A DNA stretch of 61,177 nt from Pelagibacteraceae bacterium (GTDB lineage Bacteria > Pseudomonadota > Alphaproteobacteria > Methylaequorales > Methylaequoraceae): NCBI GenBank assembly GCA_042090305.1, contig JBELJQ010000006.1:1-61177 (forward strand), written 5' to 3'. The notes below the pieces were generated by a model. That model searched no databases. It saw only the letters and a list, made by a program, of their open reading frames with translations, and was not told where the DNA came from. The position numbers were made by a program, and so were the translations under genes. Below, in pieces: positions 28,496 through 40,583 of the stretch. Numbering within the stretch: the stretch's first letter is position 1; each line of letters opens with the position of its first letter.

Positions 28496-30418
28496 TTATG
28501 CTCTTTCCAGTGAGAGTTTTGCTGATGCTGTAATTCCTAATGCATTCAAAACGGTTGTTACTATATTATCTTGGTCAACACCACATTCAACTATTTGCTC
28601 ATCTGGCTTGCCATGATTTATGAATTTGTCAGGAAAGAATATTGGTCGGAATTTTAAACCATTATCTAGAAGACCTTCCATTGAAAGAAAACTCATGACT
28701 TGAGCAGAAAATCCGCCAATCGATCCTTCTTCAACAGTTACCAAAATCTCATGATTTTTCGCTAGAATCTTTATAAGTTCTTTATCAATGGGCTTCGCAA
28801 ATCGAGCATCTACTACTGTTGTTGGTAATCCATAGGATGCAAGTATCTCCGAGGCAACTAATGAATCTTTTACCCTAGTTCCTAAAGATAGGATACAGGC
28901 TTTTCCACCTTCTTTAAGGACCTTAGCTTTCCCAATTTCCCAGATTTCAGGCTTATTTTTTATATCAATTCCAATTCCTTCTCCTCTTGGATATCTAAAC
29001 GCACATGGTTTGTCATTTATTTCTAGTGACGTTGCAATGCAGTCACAAAGCTCATCTTCATTGCTAGGTGCCATCACTATAAAGTTTGGAAGGGTTGAAA
29101 GGTAAGTAACATCAAACGAACCTGCATGGGTGGCTCCATCAGCACCAACTTGACCAGCTCTATCAATTGCAAATCTCACGGGAAGAGATTGAATTGCCAC
29201 ATCGTGAACGACTTGGTCATAAGCTCTTTGTAAAAAGGTGGAGTATATTGCTGCATAAGGTTTAAGTCCTCTTGCAGCCATACCTGCTGCGAATGTTACA
29301 GCATGTTGTTCAGCGATTCCAACATCAAATGTTCTATTGGGATGAGTTTTCTGAAAGAGATCTAAGCCAGTTCCTGAAGGCATTGCAGCTGTTATTGCAA
29401 CAACACTTTTATCTTTATTCGCATGCTTGATAAGCGCATTAGCAAATACTTTAGTATAACTTGGAACTTTGGAGTTAGACTTTACCTGTTCGCCAGTCAC
29501 TACATTAAATTTTCCAACCCCGTGATATTTATCCTCAGATTTGTCAGCAGGCTCATAACCGAAACCTTTCTTTGTAACAACGTGAAGGAACACTGGCCCA
29601 TCCCAATCTGTGCTCTCTAGGTTCCTTAAGACTGGCAATAAATGGTCTAAATTATGACCATCAATTGGGCCAATATAGAAGAATCCCAACTCTTCAAAAA
29701 GAGTACCCCCAGTTACCATTCCTCTCATATATTCGTCAGCTTTAGCTGCTACATTTTGAAAACTTTTCGGAAATTTTTTTGCCATATGTTTTGCGAGTGT
29801 GCGTGCAGATTGAAATGTTTTACCCGATAAAAGTCTGGATAAGTATGCACTCATAGCACCCACAGGTGGAGCTATAGACATATCATTGTCATTTAGGATA
29901 ACGATTAATTTTGCATTCATTGATCCAGCGTTATTCATTGCTTCGTAAGCCATACCCGCACTTATAGCCCCATCACCAATTACACAAACAACATTGTGGT
30001 CCTCTTTTTTTAAATCTCTTGCAACTGCCATTCCAAGGCCAGCAGAAATTGATGTTGAAGAATGTGCGGCACCAAACGGATCATATTCACTTTCAGATCT
30101 TTTCGTAAAACCATACAACCCTCCAGGCTGTCTTATAGTTCTAATCTTATCTCTTCTACCTGTTAATACTTTATGTGGATAGCATTGATGACCTACGTCC
30201 CAAATGAGCTTATCTTTTGGAGTATTGAAAACACTATGAATTGCAACTGTTAATTCTACAACACCTAGTCCCGAACCTAAGTGACCTCCTGTAACAGAGA
30301 CTGCGTCAATAACTTCATTCCTTAACTCATCACAGACTGTTTTAAGTTCTTTATCAGAAAGCTTTTTTAGGTCCTTCGGATATTTGATTTTATCTAATAA
30401 TTCGGTTTTTAGTTTCAT
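28496..30418 (-). CDS. dxs: 1-deoxy-D-xylulose-5-phosphate synthase
   Basis: [57 protein letters not shown]. Confidence 0.98.
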   Translation of the reverse strand: MKLKTELLDKIKYPKDLKKLSDKELKTVCDELRNEVIDAVSVTGGHLGSGLGVVELTVAIHSVFNTPKDKLIWDVGHQCYPHKVLTGRRDKIRTIRQPGGLYGFTKRSESEYDPFGAAHSSTSISAGLGMAVARDLKKEDHNVVCVIGDGAISAGMAYEAMNNAGSMNAKLIVILNDNDMSIAPPVGAMSAYLSRLLSGKTFQSARTLAKHMAKKFPKSFQNVAAKADEYMRGMVTGGTLFEELGFFYIGPIDGHNLDHLLPVLRNLESTDWDGPVFLHVVTKKGFGYEPADKSEDKYHGVGKFNVVTGEQVKSNSKVPSYTKVFANALIKHANKDKSVVAITAAMPSGTGLDLFQKTHPNRTFDVGIAEQHAVTFAAGMAARGLKPYAAIYSTFLQRAYDQVVHDVAIQSLPVRFAIDRAGQVGADGATHAGSFDVTYLSTLPNFIVMAPSNEDELCDCIATSLEINDKPCAFRYPRGEGIGIDIKNKPEIWEIGKAKVLKEGGKACILSLGTRVKDSLVASEILASYGLPTTVVDARFAKPIDKELIKILAKNHEILVTVEEGSIGGFSAQVMSFLSMEGLLDNGLKFRPIFFPDKFINHGKPDEQIVECGVDQDNIVTTVLNALGITASAKLSLERA

Positions 30419-30452
30419 TATTGAATTCTCACATTATGACAATCATTTGCAA

Positions 30453-31340
30453 TTAATCATATATTATTCCTTTTATAAAACAAAAAATCAAATCAATACG
30501 TGTCAATTTAATTTTTTTTTCTAAAGGATCGTTGTTTTTAAGCAAAAAACACAATCTTTTTGCAACATTTAGGATTATAAATGTTTCTTTTCTTAATCGC
30601 CATTCTTTAATTAATTTTAATCCATTTGCGGTATCTAATAATAAATCTTCAACTTTCGAAATTAATTCATTTTTAAGAAATATAAAATCAATTGGAGCTT
30701 TCTTCTTTTTTAGAACACTAACATCTAAAGAAAATCTTCTAAAATAATCTAGTGGAATATAAACTCTATCGTAATCATTAAAGTCATCTTGACAATCCTG
30801 AATATGATTGATTATCTGTAATGCAGTACATAGGCTGTCTGAGCTTTTGAAAATTTCTATTTTATTATCGAGTTGAATTTTTTTTAATTTATATGTTGTA
30901 TATATAAAAAATCTTCCAACGGGATTGGCAGAATAACTGCAATAAAAAATTAATTCTTCAAAAGTTTTATACCTTTTTTTCTTAGTATCTATCATAAATG
31001 CTTTTAAGAGCTCTAATGAATATTTTTTGGCAGATGGTAAAACTTTAAAAAGTTGGATTATGTTGTTTAATATTGAAATATCACTAGATTCTGTATCCTT
31101 TATTTTTTGTTCAAAAAAGTTCAGTATTTTCTGTTTATTACCCTTTGAAAGCCTATTGTTATCTGAAATATCATCTGACATTCTAGCAAATTGGTAAAAG
31201 ATTCTTATTGTTTTTCTAATCTCTTTAGAAATTATTAAGGAGGCGACAGGGAAGTTTTCGTCCCTAAACTGTTTTCCTGACAGATACGAAAGAATTTTTT
31301 TTTCCTGAAGATTGCTAATAGCTTCTTCCTTTCCAAACAT
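30453..31340 (-). CDS. hpnC: Squalene synthase HpnC
   Basis: DENFPVAS, YQFARMSDDISD, YC.YSANPVGR, LCTALQIINHIQDC..D..DRVYIP. Confidence 0.92.
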   Translation of the reverse strand: MFGKEEAISNLQEKKILSYLSGKQFRDENFPVASLIISKEIRKTIRIFYQFARMSDDISDNNRLSKGNKQKILNFFEQKIKDTESSDISILNNIIQLFKVLPSAKKYSLELLKAFMIDTKKKRYKTFEELIFYCSYSANPVGRFFIYTTYKLKKIQLDNKIEIFKSSDSLCTALQIINHIQDCQDDFNDYDRVYIPLDYFRRFSLDVSVLKKKKAPIDFIFLKNELISKVEDLLLDTANGLKLIKEWRLRKETFIILNVAKRLCFLLKNNDPLEKKIKLTRIDLIFCFIKGIIYD

Positions 31341-32481
31341 TACCAGATTTATAATGACTATATGCTGAAGAAATAGTCATCAACATATAAAGAAAAGAAG
31401 AAAATGGAACAAAAAAAATGTAAATTACCCCTAAATTATAGAATTTAAAAGTAGGGAAAAAGATTAGTAATATTGACGTAAAAATTAATAAGTTTAATAA
31501 TAATAAGTTAGTTAAATTCATTATGACTGCAGAAATAATAGCTATAACCGGTGATAAATATAGAATAAACATACCTAAAACTGACATCAGTACAAGAGTT
31601 TTTGAATATGATAGTTGTTCAAATGCTGTCCGAGAAACCATTTTCCAAATACTTGTCAACTTTGTATAACCTCTATTACTTTCAACAAGATAAGTTAACC
31701 CAATCCAAATATTTCCTTTCCTCTTAATTATCTTTGCAATATTACAATCATCGATGACCTTACTTTTTATCTTCTCATAGATATTTTTGTTTCTAAATAA
31801 TACTGCTTTACATGCAATAAAACCACCCGCTCCGGCCGCTGTCTTGTTTTTGGGATTATTAGCAAGGTTAAAAGGATATATTTTCTGAAAGAAGAAAATA
31901 AAGGGTGGAATTAGAGTCTTCTCCCAAAAAGATTTACAATTTAATTTAGCCATTAAAGAAACCATTACTAAATCTCGTTCTTTTAAAAAATTTATAACAT
32001 TATTTATTGTTTTTTTTCTTAACTTAATATCTGAATCTATGAAAATATAATAATCGAATTCTTTTTTTTTTGCTTCATCCACTCCTTGCTTTAATGCCCA
32101 TACTTTACCAACCCATCCCTTTGGAAGTTTTTTTCCAGTTAATATTCTTATGTTTTTATTATTTTTTCTAAATTCACTAACGAGTATATTCGTTTTATCT
32201 GTACTACGATCATCTACGACTATTATGGATAATTTTTTAATTTTTTGGTCCCTTATGGACCTTAATGTAGATAAAATGTAGTCCTCTTCGTTTCTTGCTG
32301 GAATTATTACACATATACTTTCTTCAATTTCTGTATCATTGCTTTCACGCACTTCATTTTCAAAAATAATATTACTAGACCAGAAAAAATTATCTTTTAG
32401 TATATTTTTTCTTCCATGAAAAAATATCAAATATATCCATGAAAACATAGATAGTAATGAAATGTAAAAAAAATCTATCAT
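31315..32481 (-). CDS. hpnB: Hopanoid-associated GT2 glycosyltransferase
   Basis: IIPARNEE, VDDRSTD.T, LP.GWVGKVWAL.QG, DSD, AGAGG, IDDC, W.MVSRTAF.QL, WKGR.Y. Confidence 0.9.
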   Translation of the reverse strand: MIDFFYISLLSMFSWIYLIFFHGRKNILKDNFFWSSNIIFENEVRESNDTEIEESICVIIPARNEEDYILSTLRSIRDQKIKKLSIIVVDDRSTDKTNILVSEFRKNNKNIRILTGKKLPKGWVGKVWALKQGVDEAKKKEFDYYIFIDSDIKLRKKTINNVINFLKERDLVMVSLMAKLNCKSFWEKTLIPPFIFFFQKIYPFNLANNPKNKTAAGAGGFIACKAVLFRNKNIYEKIKSKVIDDCNIAKIIKRKGNIWIGLTYLVESNRGYTKLTSIWKMVSRTAFEQLSYSKTLVLMSVLGMFILYLSPVIAIISAVIMNLTNLLLLNLLIFTSILLIFFPTFKFYNLGVIYIFFVPFSSFLYMLMTISSAYSHYKSGNVWKGRSY

Positions 32482-32659
32482 TAAAAAAACTCTTAAAAGT
32501 ATTCTTAAATCATTAGACGTTGTAAAAAAACAACATTTTTTTTTATTTTTTTTCTTACTTCTTGAATTGTTACAGATAATTGATATATTTTAAAACAGAT
32601 GAGTAAATTATATACAATAAATAGATTTGTTCAAAAATTAAACAGAAGGAATTAACAAT

Positions 32660-33427
32660 ATGAAAAAAATTATACTTGCAAGTGCTTTATCTTTGCCACT
32701 TTTATTTAGTGAGGCAAAATCTTTTGAATTTCCAGATAAGAGTCCGTATGGAGAAATATCCGCTAACGTAGGATATTATTCTCAATACATTTGGAGAGGT
32801 GAAAGACAAAACGATGGTCAATCCGCAATTCAGGGCGGGCTGGACTACAGTGCTACTTTACTTGATACATATATTGACCTTTACGTCGGTGTATGGGGTT
32901 CAAACGTTTCTGGTGGAACTAACTCTTTATCGGGAAATGAGCTGGATTATTATGGTGGTTTAACCGGTGCTGTTCCACTTCTAGAAGACTATCTAGCATG
33001 GGATGGAGGAATTTTGTATTATGATTATCCTGGAATGACAGACGAAAATACAGCTAATGGTGTTGCAAACGTTGATTTTGTTGAATATTACGGTTCGCTT
33101 AGTGCTACTATACCTAACCCAATTTCCGATATTGGAATATCTTACTATTACGGCTATTCTCCAACAGGATTTCAGGGAAATTACGGATATGATTATCAAA
33201 ATGTAAGTGCTGAAGTAGGTATACCTAATACACCTTTCACAGTTTCTGGTGGAGCAGGTTTTAGTGGAAGTGATACTGAGGGAGGTAATCAATACACTGA
33301 TTACATAGCTTCTTTAAGCACTAGTGCATTTGGACTAGACCTTGGCCTAAACTTCACTACAGTAAGTGGTTACGCAGCTGATGTTGATAGTGATCAAGTT
33401 ACTTTCTCAATTGGAAAAAGTTTTTAA
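32660..33427 (+). CDS. TorF-family putative outer-membrane beta-barrel/porin
   Basis: Signal peptide; SQYIWRG..Q....AIQGGLDY, YVGVWGSNV, ELDYYGG, YYDYPG, C-terminal Phe. Confidence 0.85.
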   Translation: MKKIILASALSLPLLFSEAKSFEFPDKSPYGEISANVGYYSQYIWRGERQNDGQSAIQGGLDYSATLLDTYIDLYVGVWGSNVSGGTNSLSGNELDYYGGLTGAVPLLEDYLAWDGGILYYDYPGMTDENTANGVANVDFVEYYGSLSATIPNPISDIGISYYYGYSPTGFQGNYGYDYQNVSAEVGIPNTPFTVSGGAGFSGSDTEGGNQYTDYIASLSTSAFGLDLGLNFTTVSGYAADVDSDQVTFSIGKSF

Positions 33428-34500
33428 TCATTTTTTACTAGGGAGCAGGAGAACTTTGCTCCCTTCATATTGTTTTCAGCTAGCATAGTTATCAGTATAC
33501 TTAATACAACCAGAGAACCGATTTGATGCATCACACCCAATGGAATCGGAACATACAACTTTAAAATTAATATACCTAATAGATATTGAAGAGATAAAGC
33601 TACTATCAGAGCCTTCGCTAGAAAACCAATAAAAAAAACATTTCTTTTGATATAAACACTACCTAACAACAAAATTATAAGTGTAGTTGTCGCAAGTATT
33701 CTATGAAAAAATTGAATAGATCCTTGGTCATACAATAAATCAATAAAATTTGAGTAATCTCTATCAATAAAAATTGGTGGTAAAAAATTATCACCCATTA
33801 AAGGAAAATTATTATATGCCCATCCAGCTTTTGTTCCAGCAACAAAAGCTCCTGAGATGATTGTCAAGATAGTCAATATAATGCTTGTTAACAAAATTAG
33901 ATTATATTTACTTTTATAAAAGTCATAATTTTTAAGTAATCCCTTTCCACTGAATAGTCTAAATTTTGTCCAACCAAAATATAAAATACAGGAGTAGATT
34001 ATGAATGCAATTGAAAGGTGCGCTGAAAGTCTGAAGTGACTAACGTCTGGTTTGTCAATTAACCCACTTTTTACCATAAACCAGCCCATGAATGCTTGAA
34101 ATGAACCAAGAAACAGTAGAAATGAGAAAAAAAATTTCTCAAAAAAAGAAAATCTTTTAAATATCCAGAATAATATGAAAGGAACAAAAAAGACAACTCC
34201 TATTAATCTTCCCCAGATTCTGTGAAAATATTCCCAGAAGAATATATTTTTAAATTCACTGAGTGTCATATCATAGTTTTTAATTTGAAATTCAGGTGAC
34301 AACTTATATTTCTCAAATAATAATAACCACGAATCATAGTTTGTTGGAGGTAATATTCCTCCAATTAATGACCATTCTGTCATAGATAGGCCAGAGTCGG
34401 TGAGCCTAGTTATGCCACCTATGCTAACCATCAAGACAATCATGATTGCATTAACCAAGAGCCAATAAAGTTTTGATTTTGATTTTATTATAGTAACCAT
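33424..34500 (-). CDS. ctaA: Heme A synthase (COX15/CtaA type 2)
   Basis: GGITRLTDSGLSMTEW, FFWEYFHR.WGR, GWFMVKSGL, VSHFRL.AHL, GAFVAG, QFFHR, HQ. Confidence 0.95.
   Translation of the reverse strand: MVTIIKSKSKLYWLLVNAIMIVLMVSIGGITRLTDSGLSMTEWSLIGGILPPTNYDSWLLLFEKYKLSPEFQIKNYDMTLSEFKNIFFWEYFHRIWGRLIGVVFFVPFILFWIFKRFSFFEKFFFSFLLFLGSFQAFMGWFMVKSGLIDKPDVSHFRLSAHLSIAFIIYSCILYFGWTKFRLFSGKGLLKNYDFYKSKYNLILLTSIILTILTIISGAFVAGTKAGWAYNNFPLMGDNFLPPIFIDRDYSNFIDLLYDQGSIQFFHRILATTTLIILLLGSVYIKRNVFFIGFLAKALIVALSLQYLLGILILKLYVPIPLGVMHQIGSLVVLSILITMLAENNMKGAKFSCSLVKND
33440..33464. terminator. Hairpin between the convergent porin gene and ctaA
   Basis: AGGGAGCA / TGCTCCCT stem extended by G-U pairs, 12 nt after the porin stop, inside the ctaA 3' end. 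Confidence 0.55.
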
Positions 34501-34535
34501 TATTATTTAATAGGAAATAAACAAGTAAATTAAAA

Positions 34536-34570
34536 TACATAATTTTTGTGTATAATATAATTTTTTACAT
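34536..34570 (+). promoter_or_regulatory. Candidate sulfate-assimilation regulatory motif upstream of cysH
   Basis: TACA-N9-TGTATAATA-N9-ACAT, followed by TTGACA at 34577; same architecture at 42540-42574 on the minus strand. Confidence 0.5.
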
Positions 34571-34624
34571 AATTTATTGACAAATATATTTCAAGTGGAA
34601 TTATGATAAAATATTTTAGATATT

Positions 34625-35323
34625 ATGGCTTTAAAGATTCAAGACATCAAGTTGTTCAACAATTACCTTTCAAAAAAAAAACCAGAAATTATTCTACAAG
34701 AGGTTATTAATAAACTTTTTAAAAAAAAAATTACTTATGTATGTTCTTTCGGGACTGAATCTGCAATCATTCTTCATTTAATTTCAAAAATTGATAAAAA
34801 TCTTCCAATAATGATGTTAAATACTCACTTTTTATTTGATGAAACTCTACAGTACAAGAATGAGCTTTTAGATAAACTCAAACTCTCTAATTATAAAGAG
34901 ATCTTCCCAAAAGAGAGTGATTTAAGCCTAAAAGATAAAAATAACGACTTATGGAAAACAAATGTTGATGAATGTTGTAATATTCGTAAGGTATTACCAC
35001 TTGAAAATTCAATAAAGGATTACGACGCTTGGATATCTGGAAAAAAACCTTTTCATCTTCATGAAAGACAAAACCTTCAAGTTTGTGAACTTATAAATAA
35101 AAAAGTAGTAGTCAACCCCTTGTTTAATATAAACAGAAGCTTTGTTGACTCATATTTTATTGAAAATAATTTGCCTCGTCATCCACTACAAAAAAAAGGA
35201 TTCTTTTCAATAGGGTGCACTAATTGTACTGTAAAATCAAATAATATTAATGACCCTAGATCCGGTAGGTGGTCAAATAAAATTAAAACAGAATGTGGTA
35301 TACATATTGAAAGAAGAAGGTGA
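34625..35323 (+). CDS. cysH: (P)APS reductase, APS-reductase type with 4Fe-4S cysteines
   Basis: SFGTESA, CC.IRKV.PL, HPL...GF.SIGC.NCT, RSGRW, ECGIH. Confidence 0.93.
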   Translation: MALKIQDIKLFNNYLSKKKPEIILQEVINKLFKKKITYVCSFGTESAIILHLISKIDKNLPIMMLNTHFLFDETLQYKNELLDKLKLSNYKEIFPKESDLSLKDKNNDLWKTNVDECCNIRKVLPLENSIKDYDAWISGKKPFHLHERQNLQVCELINKKVVVNPLFNINRSFVDSYFIENNLPRHPLQKKGFFSIGCTNCTVKSNNINDPRSGRWSNKIKTECGIHIERRR

Positions 35324-35327
35324 GAAA

Positions 35328-36125
35328 ATGGATGATCACTTAAAGAAACTTGAAAATGAGAGTATCTATATTTTTAGACAATCTTATAAATCAATAAAAA
35401 ACATAGCAATGCTCTGGTCCTTGGGAAAAGATTCGAATGTTATGATGTGGTTGGCATTCAAGGCTTTTTTAGGGAAAGTTCCATTCCCAGTTGTACATGT
35501 TGATACTGAAAAGAAATTCAAAGAAATGTATGAATTTAGAGATAAGTATGAAAAGAAATGGAAACTTGATCTTATAAAAGGAGATTGCCCACCAATTGGT
35601 GAAGTTGATCCATCCCTTCCACCAGCAGCCAGGTCGGCAGCTCGAAAAACAGAAGGGTTGAAAAGGATTTTAGATGAACATAAGTTTAAGGGTGTCATAG
35701 CTGGAATTAGAAGAGACGAACAAGGTACTAGAGCAAAAGAGAGAGTATTTAGCCCTAGAGACGAGAGTGGAACATGGGATGTAAAAAATCAACCACCTGA
35801 GTTTTGGGACCAATCAAATTTTAACTATCCCGACTCCGTTCATATCAGAATACACCCATTATTGGGTTGGACAGAAATTGATATATGGAGGTATATAAAA
35901 GATCAAAATATCCCTATTGTAGACTTATATTTCTCAAAAAATGGAAAGAGATACAGATCATTGGGTGACAAGGATATTACTTTTCCGGTAGATAGTGATG
36001 CTAAAACTTTGGAGGAAATCATCGATGAATTACAAATTACAAAAACATCTGAAAGGGCAGGAAGAGCAATGGACCATGAGCAAGAAGATGTATTCGAAAG
36101 ATTAAGAACTTCAGGGTATATGTAA
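35328..36125 (+). CDS. cysD: Sulfate adenylyltransferase subunit 2
   Basis: LENESIYI.R, WSLGKDS, HVDT, GIRRDE..RAKERVFSPR, QPPEFW, RIHPL..WTE, RYRSLG. Confidence 0.96.
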   Translation: MDDHLKKLENESIYIFRQSYKSIKNIAMLWSLGKDSNVMMWLAFKAFLGKVPFPVVHVDTEKKFKEMYEFRDKYEKKWKLDLIKGDCPPIGEVDPSLPPAARSAARKTEGLKRILDEHKFKGVIAGIRRDEQGTRAKERVFSPRDESGTWDVKNQPPEFWDQSNFNYPDSVHIRIHPLLGWTEIDIWRYIKDQNIPIVDLYFSKNGKRYRSLGDKDITFPVDSDAKTLEEIIDELQITKTSERAGRAMDHEQEDVFERLRTSGYM

Positions 36126-36130
36126 GCATA

Positions 36131-37984
36131 ATGAAAAACATACAAATACCAAGAGTCGTTATTGTTGGCCATGTTGATCATGGCAAGTCATCCTTTATTG
36201 GCAGACTTATGTATGACCTCGGTCATGTGCCAAAAGAAAAATTTAATGAAATAAAGGAAGTGAGTGATAATAGGGGAATGGAATTTGAGTTTGCCTTTTT
36301 GCTTGATGCACTACAAGATGAACGAAATCAGGGAATTACAATTGATACTACTCAAATATTTTTTAAAACAAAAAAAAGGAATTATATTTTTATCGATGCC
36401 CCAGGTCATAAAGAATTTATAAAAAATATGATAACAGGAGCGTCTTCAGCTGATATAGCCTTTTTAATTGTTGATGTTCACGAAGGTATCAAAGAACAGA
36501 CAAAAAAACATGCTTATCTACTCAAACTATTAGGTTTGACAAATGTAATAGTACTTTATAATAAAATGGATAAAATAGATTATAATCATCAGATTTTTTT
36601 ATCTGTTAAAAATGATCTGGAAGACTATCTTAAAAAAATTAATATTAATATCCATGATTCAATTCCAATTTCAGCAAAACATGGTGATAATATCTCAAAA
36701 AATAGTACATCAATACCATGGTATAAAGGTAAAAATGTCATCAGAGTTCTTGATAATTATTCATTAGAAAAGTCAACAATTAGCAACTCATTAAGATTCC
36801 CCGTACAGGATATTTATAAAATTGGAGACAAAAGAGTAATTATTGGAAGAATAGAAAGTGGTAGGATAAGAAAAGACGATGAATTACTTTTTCTTCCATC
36901 AAATCAAACTGTGAGGGTGAAAAGTTTAGAGGCTTGGCCAGAAGCAAAAGATACCTATTCAGAAGGAGACTGTATCGGATTCACTTTGTCTGATCAGATA
37001 TTTGTAGATGTTGGTAATATTGCTGCAAAAGTTGAAACACCCCCAAAACTTATGAACAGATTTGAAGCTAATCTTTTTTGGCTCAGTAGTCTAAAATTAA
37101 AATTAAATCAGAAATATAAATTTAAAATAAATACTGGAGAATATAGCGTAATAGTTAAAGAGGTAAAAAAAATAATTGATACAGATAATCTTGACTCAAA
37201 GTCGTCTAAAAATGTTTTAAAGAACGATATTTGTGAAGTTGTTATTCATTCTTCACAATTAATTCCTATGGATGATTTCACAGTAAACCAAAAGACAGGA
37301 CGCTTTTGCCTTTTGGATAATTCTGGGATAGTTGCTGGTGGAATATTAAATCTCAAAAATTATCCTGATCAAAGAGAGTCTTCTGAAAACTTAAATAAAA
37401 ATATTGTAGCTGAGGAGTTTTTTATAAATGAAATCGATAGATCAATGATGCTGAAGCATAGACCGGGAATTATATGGTTAACAGGTTTATCTGGTTCGGG
37501 AAAAAGTACAATTGCAAAGGCTGTTGAAAAAAAATTATTCCTAGAAAATTTCAGTGTCTTTACATTAGATGGAGATAATTTAAGGTTAGGACTTAATAAG
37601 GGTCTTTCTTTTACTCCTGAGGATAGAACGGAAAATATAAGAAGAACAGCAGAGGTTGCTAAGTTATTTTCTCAAGCTGGTTTTATTGTAATCGTATCAT
37701 TAATTTCGCCTTACAGAAGTGAGAGAAGAAAAGCGAGAGATGTTAGGCCAGAAATTTTTAGATTGATTTATACGAAAGCATCCGTTGACGAATGTAGTAA
37801 AAGAGATGTAAAGGGGCTTTACGCAAAAGCTAAAACTGGAGAAATAAAAAATTTTACAGGTATTTCTTCTCCTTATGAAGAACCAGAGACTCCCGATTTA
37901 ATTATTGATACAATTAGTGATTCGGTTGAACAAAGTGTAAGTAAACTTTATAAGTTTATAAAAAAAGAATTTAGTTTTTCTTAA
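36131..37984 (+). CDS. cysNC: Bifunctional sulfate adenylyltransferase subunit 1 / APS kinase
   Basis: GHVDHGKS, ERNQGITID, DAPGH, NKMD; C-terminal WLTGLSGSGKST, LDGDNLR.GL, DRTENIRR, DVKGLY, FTGISSPYE. Confidence 0.96.
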   Translation: MKNIQIPRVVIVGHVDHGKSSFIGRLMYDLGHVPKEKFNEIKEVSDNRGMEFEFAFLLDALQDERNQGITIDTTQIFFKTKKRNYIFIDAPGHKEFIKNMITGASSADIAFLIVDVHEGIKEQTKKHAYLLKLLGLTNVIVLYNKMDKIDYNHQIFLSVKNDLEDYLKKININIHDSIPISAKHGDNISKNSTSIPWYKGKNVIRVLDNYSLEKSTISNSLRFPVQDIYKIGDKRVIIGRIESGRIRKDDELLFLPSNQTVRVKSLEAWPEAKDTYSEGDCIGFTLSDQIFVDVGNIAAKVETPPKLMNRFEANLFWLSSLKLKLNQKYKFKINTGEYSVIVKEVKKIIDTDNLDSKSSKNVLKNDICEVVIHSSQLIPMDDFTVNQKTGRFCLLDNSGIVAGGILNLKNYPDQRESSENLNKNIVAEEFFINEIDRSMMLKHRPGIIWLTGLSGSGKSTIAKAVEKKLFLENFSVFTLDGDNLRLGLNKGLSFTPEDRTENIRRTAEVAKLFSQAGFIVIVSLISPYRSERRKARDVRPEIFRLIYTKASVDECSKRDVKGLYAKAKTGEIKNFTGISSPYEEPETPDLIIDTISDSVEQSVSKLYKFIKKEFSFS

Positions 37985-37994
37985 AAAAATCACC

Positions 37995-38022
37995 TTGACA
38001 AAAAAAAAAAATATATTAAATT
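37995..38022 (+). promoter_or_regulatory. Candidate groESL promoter
   Basis: TTGACA at 37995-38000 and TAAATT 16 nt downstream, abutting CIRCE. Confidence 0.5.
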
Positions 38023-38047
38023 AGCACTCGGTTGTATTGAGTGCTAA
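38021..38047 (+). promoter_or_regulatory. CIRCE element (HrcA operator)
   Basis: TTAGCACTC-GGTTGTATT-GAGTGCTAA, exact consensus, upstream of groES. Confidence 0.97.
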
Positions 38048-38095
38048 TAAGGCTTGAGCAATCGTTTGAATTGTCTAACAAAAAGGAGATTCGTT

Positions 38096-40067
<1,972 letters not shown>

Positions 40068-40094
40068 ACCAATCAAGCACCCAATTTCTATTTT

Positions 40095-40128
40095 AAACCC
40101 TTCACTCTAGAATTGAGTGAAGGGTTTT
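40095..40128. terminator. Intrinsic terminator after groEL, likely bidirectional
   Basis: 13-bp stem AAACCCTTCACTC / GAGTGAAGGGTTT between convergent genes. Confidence 0.88.
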
Positions 40129-40130
40129 CT

Positions 40131-40583
40131 TCAAAATTGTTGATATTTTTCTTTTGATTCTAAACTTAATACCTTGATCCAAATGTCTTTTTCTTCCTTT
40201 GGAATTTCAATTGTATTGAAACCACATCTTAAAAGGTAGCCATATTGATCAGGCAACATATACCCAGATGCTCTAATTTCTTTTTTAAAGTTGAATTTTT
40301 TACGAAGCTGCCGTGCAATAGAGAAGGGCCTCCCATCTTTAAATGTAAGAAAATTAATTTGAATGATAGAAAATGCCTCTAAGTCTGCCTCTAGTCCTTC
40401 AAGGTTTTGGTCAGAGTTTATTAGAAGTCCAATATTACTGAATCCTGAGAACTCATCTTTATGTTCATCCCAAAAGTCTAAAGTAATAATAACCGGTTCG
40501 TTTTTTTTGGGAAATTTATTGCTTTCTATATTCCAAACAGAAAATTCATTTTTTTCTTCAAAATCATTTCTAAGTACTATCAT
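40131..40583 (-). CDS. DUF934 family protein (cysI-associated)
   Basis: F.TFKDGRPFSIARQLR..F.F..EIRASG..LPDQ..YL.RCGF. Confidence 0.9.
   Translation of the reverse strand: MIVLRNDFEEKNEFSVWNIESNKFPKKNEPVIITLDFWDEHKDEFSGFSNIGLLINSDQNLEGLEADLEAFSIIQINFLTFKDGRPFSIARQLRKKFNFKKEIRASGYMLPDQYGYLLRCGFNTIEIPKEEKDIWIKVLSLESKEKYQQF

Noticed and set aside
32519-32534. GTTGT-N6-ACAAC inverted repeat between hpnB and the porin gene
   Set aside because: Only 5-bp arms, no second copy found, no regulator assignable.
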